Of a stretch of 64,000 bases of DNA, positions 62,591 through 64,000 are shown in pieces (within the stretch, counting starts at the first letter, position 1; each line of letters opens with the position of its first letter). The notes beneath the pieces were generated by a model. The model was not told the origin of the DNA and did no database searches. It saw only the letters and a program-made list of their open reading frames with translations. Origin of the DNA: Raja brachyura. Taxonomy: Eukaryota. Both the position numbers and the translations under genes were made by a program. Location of the stretch: NCBI GenBank assembly GCA_963514005.1, contig OY740802.1:15314001-15378000 (forward strand). Reading direction: 5' to 3'.

Positions 62591-63469
62591 GACAGTAAAT
62601 TTCAATCATTAAGTTTGATAAATAGATGAATGCTCCGCCTTTCATATGTGCTGTGTAGCCGTTGCTCCCCTGTGAAATATCTTATCCAAAATGTTCATGA
62701 AAACATTGGTGCAAACAAAATAAAATCTGTTTCTGTGCACACTCTATAATGCTCTGGTGAGCCATCTTATTGCCAATGTTTAGCAAAGGAATTTGTGTTT
62801 GAAGATTATAATTGGCCTGTAATTATTAGTTTAATTGTCTCCTAATGATTCTGGTGGTAACCATTATTGTAAGTCATTAACTTGACAGAAAATGCAAACT
62901 GGCAGTAATTCGCTCACTTGTGGTTATAGTGGAATAAATACTATTTTGCCATTGGGATTCCATTTATTAAATAATACTACCAATGGAGATAATGGAGTTT
63001 CCACTCTCCAATCCAAGTGGAGTAATCTTCAATTGTATTCTGAACAAGGGGCATGTCTTGTAATATATAGGTAGGTTCTATATTTTTTTAGTCCTTGGAT
63101 AGTTAACATTGAATATTTAAATAATTAATTGGCTTCAATCTTATAATTATTTAAAATTTGGCTTTTTTTAAACATTTACTTGTTAATTATGTGCACCATT
63201 AGGATACATTAGAACAATTTATGTGGTATCATTATGACTTTTTGTCTTTTAATGATCAAAAGTGCAATCATAAATATGGTAAATCATTTTGTATTCTGGT
63301 CAATCAATATTCCTTCTTCTTATTTCTGATAATAATTGTAAAATTGTGACAAATGATGAATTCCACAAGTTTTGTGCATTGACATTTTAGGATTATTTTA
63401 CATAAGGTAGGAAATATGGTATAATGATCACTGATGTTAATTCATGTGTAACAGGCAGGGGTTATCTTT

Positions 63470-63905
63470 GAAAGGCAAAAATATCTGTGGATATTGGAAC
63501 TCAGATAAACACTGAAAGTTATGGAAACACTCAGCAGCTCAGTCGGCATTTGTGGATCAAACAGAGTTAACATTTCAAGGGTGGAAACAAGAAACTACAG
63601 ATGCTGGTTAATACACAAAAGGACACAGGTCAAGCAGCATCTCTGGAGTGCATGGATAGTGACATTTTGGGTGGAGAGACTTCTTCAGACTCATAGGTGA
63701 CGTTTTGGGTTGAGACCCTTCTTCAGGGCTCGACCCGAAACATCACCTATCCATGTTCTCCAAAGATGCTGCTTGACCTGATGAGTTACTCCAGCACTTT
63801 GTGTCCTCTTAACATTTCAGAGGAATGTAGGGAATCAGTATTCTGATCACTCGTGAAACAGATGAAGGGTTGTTGTCTGAAACATTAGCTCTATTACTCT
63901 CTCTG
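63470..63905. mobile_element. Young fold-back element (63578-63808) nested in an older one
   Basis: 11-bp TSD ttaacatttca (63567-77/63809-19). The old element's arms flank the insertion. Confidence 0.75.
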
Positions 63906-64000
63906 CTTGGTGTTTACAATTTTCCTTTCCATATTGTCAACAAATCCAACATGCCGAGGTAGAAAGATGATTGGGACTCATCCAGTTTCCACTTCTCAGC

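Overview
Vertebrate genomic DNA. The repeat content (HE1/V-SINE-type SINEs, CR1/HER1 and Rex1/Babar LINE ends) points to a cartilaginous fish, probably a skate or ray. The only host coding sequence I can support is the 40-nt first coding exon of teashirt homolog 2 (tshz2; MPRRKQQAPKRAAG, minus strand, 41464-41503), inside a CpG-island promoter and 5'UTR. Positions 1-41463 are therefore intron 1 and roughly 42.2-64 kb is upstream sequence. Almost all ORFs in the track are spurious or TE-derived. Most interesting signals: (1) about 20 short fold-back elements that look like MITEs but have variable 7-15 bp target-site duplications and carry a minimal hammerhead-ribozyme core, so they are probably Penelope-like retro-products; (2) several TSD-flanked inserts of non-repeat DNA, including a decayed protein-kinase-like fragment and a locally templated copy; (3) a near-perfect 52-bp hairpin next to a splice-bounded 706-nt candidate exon that could give Tshz2 an alternative in-phase N-terminus; (4) six Harbinger-type MITEs with related TIRs but mostly unrelated interiors. 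Repeat family names come from motif recognition by eye, not from database searches, and boundaries of old repeats are approximate.
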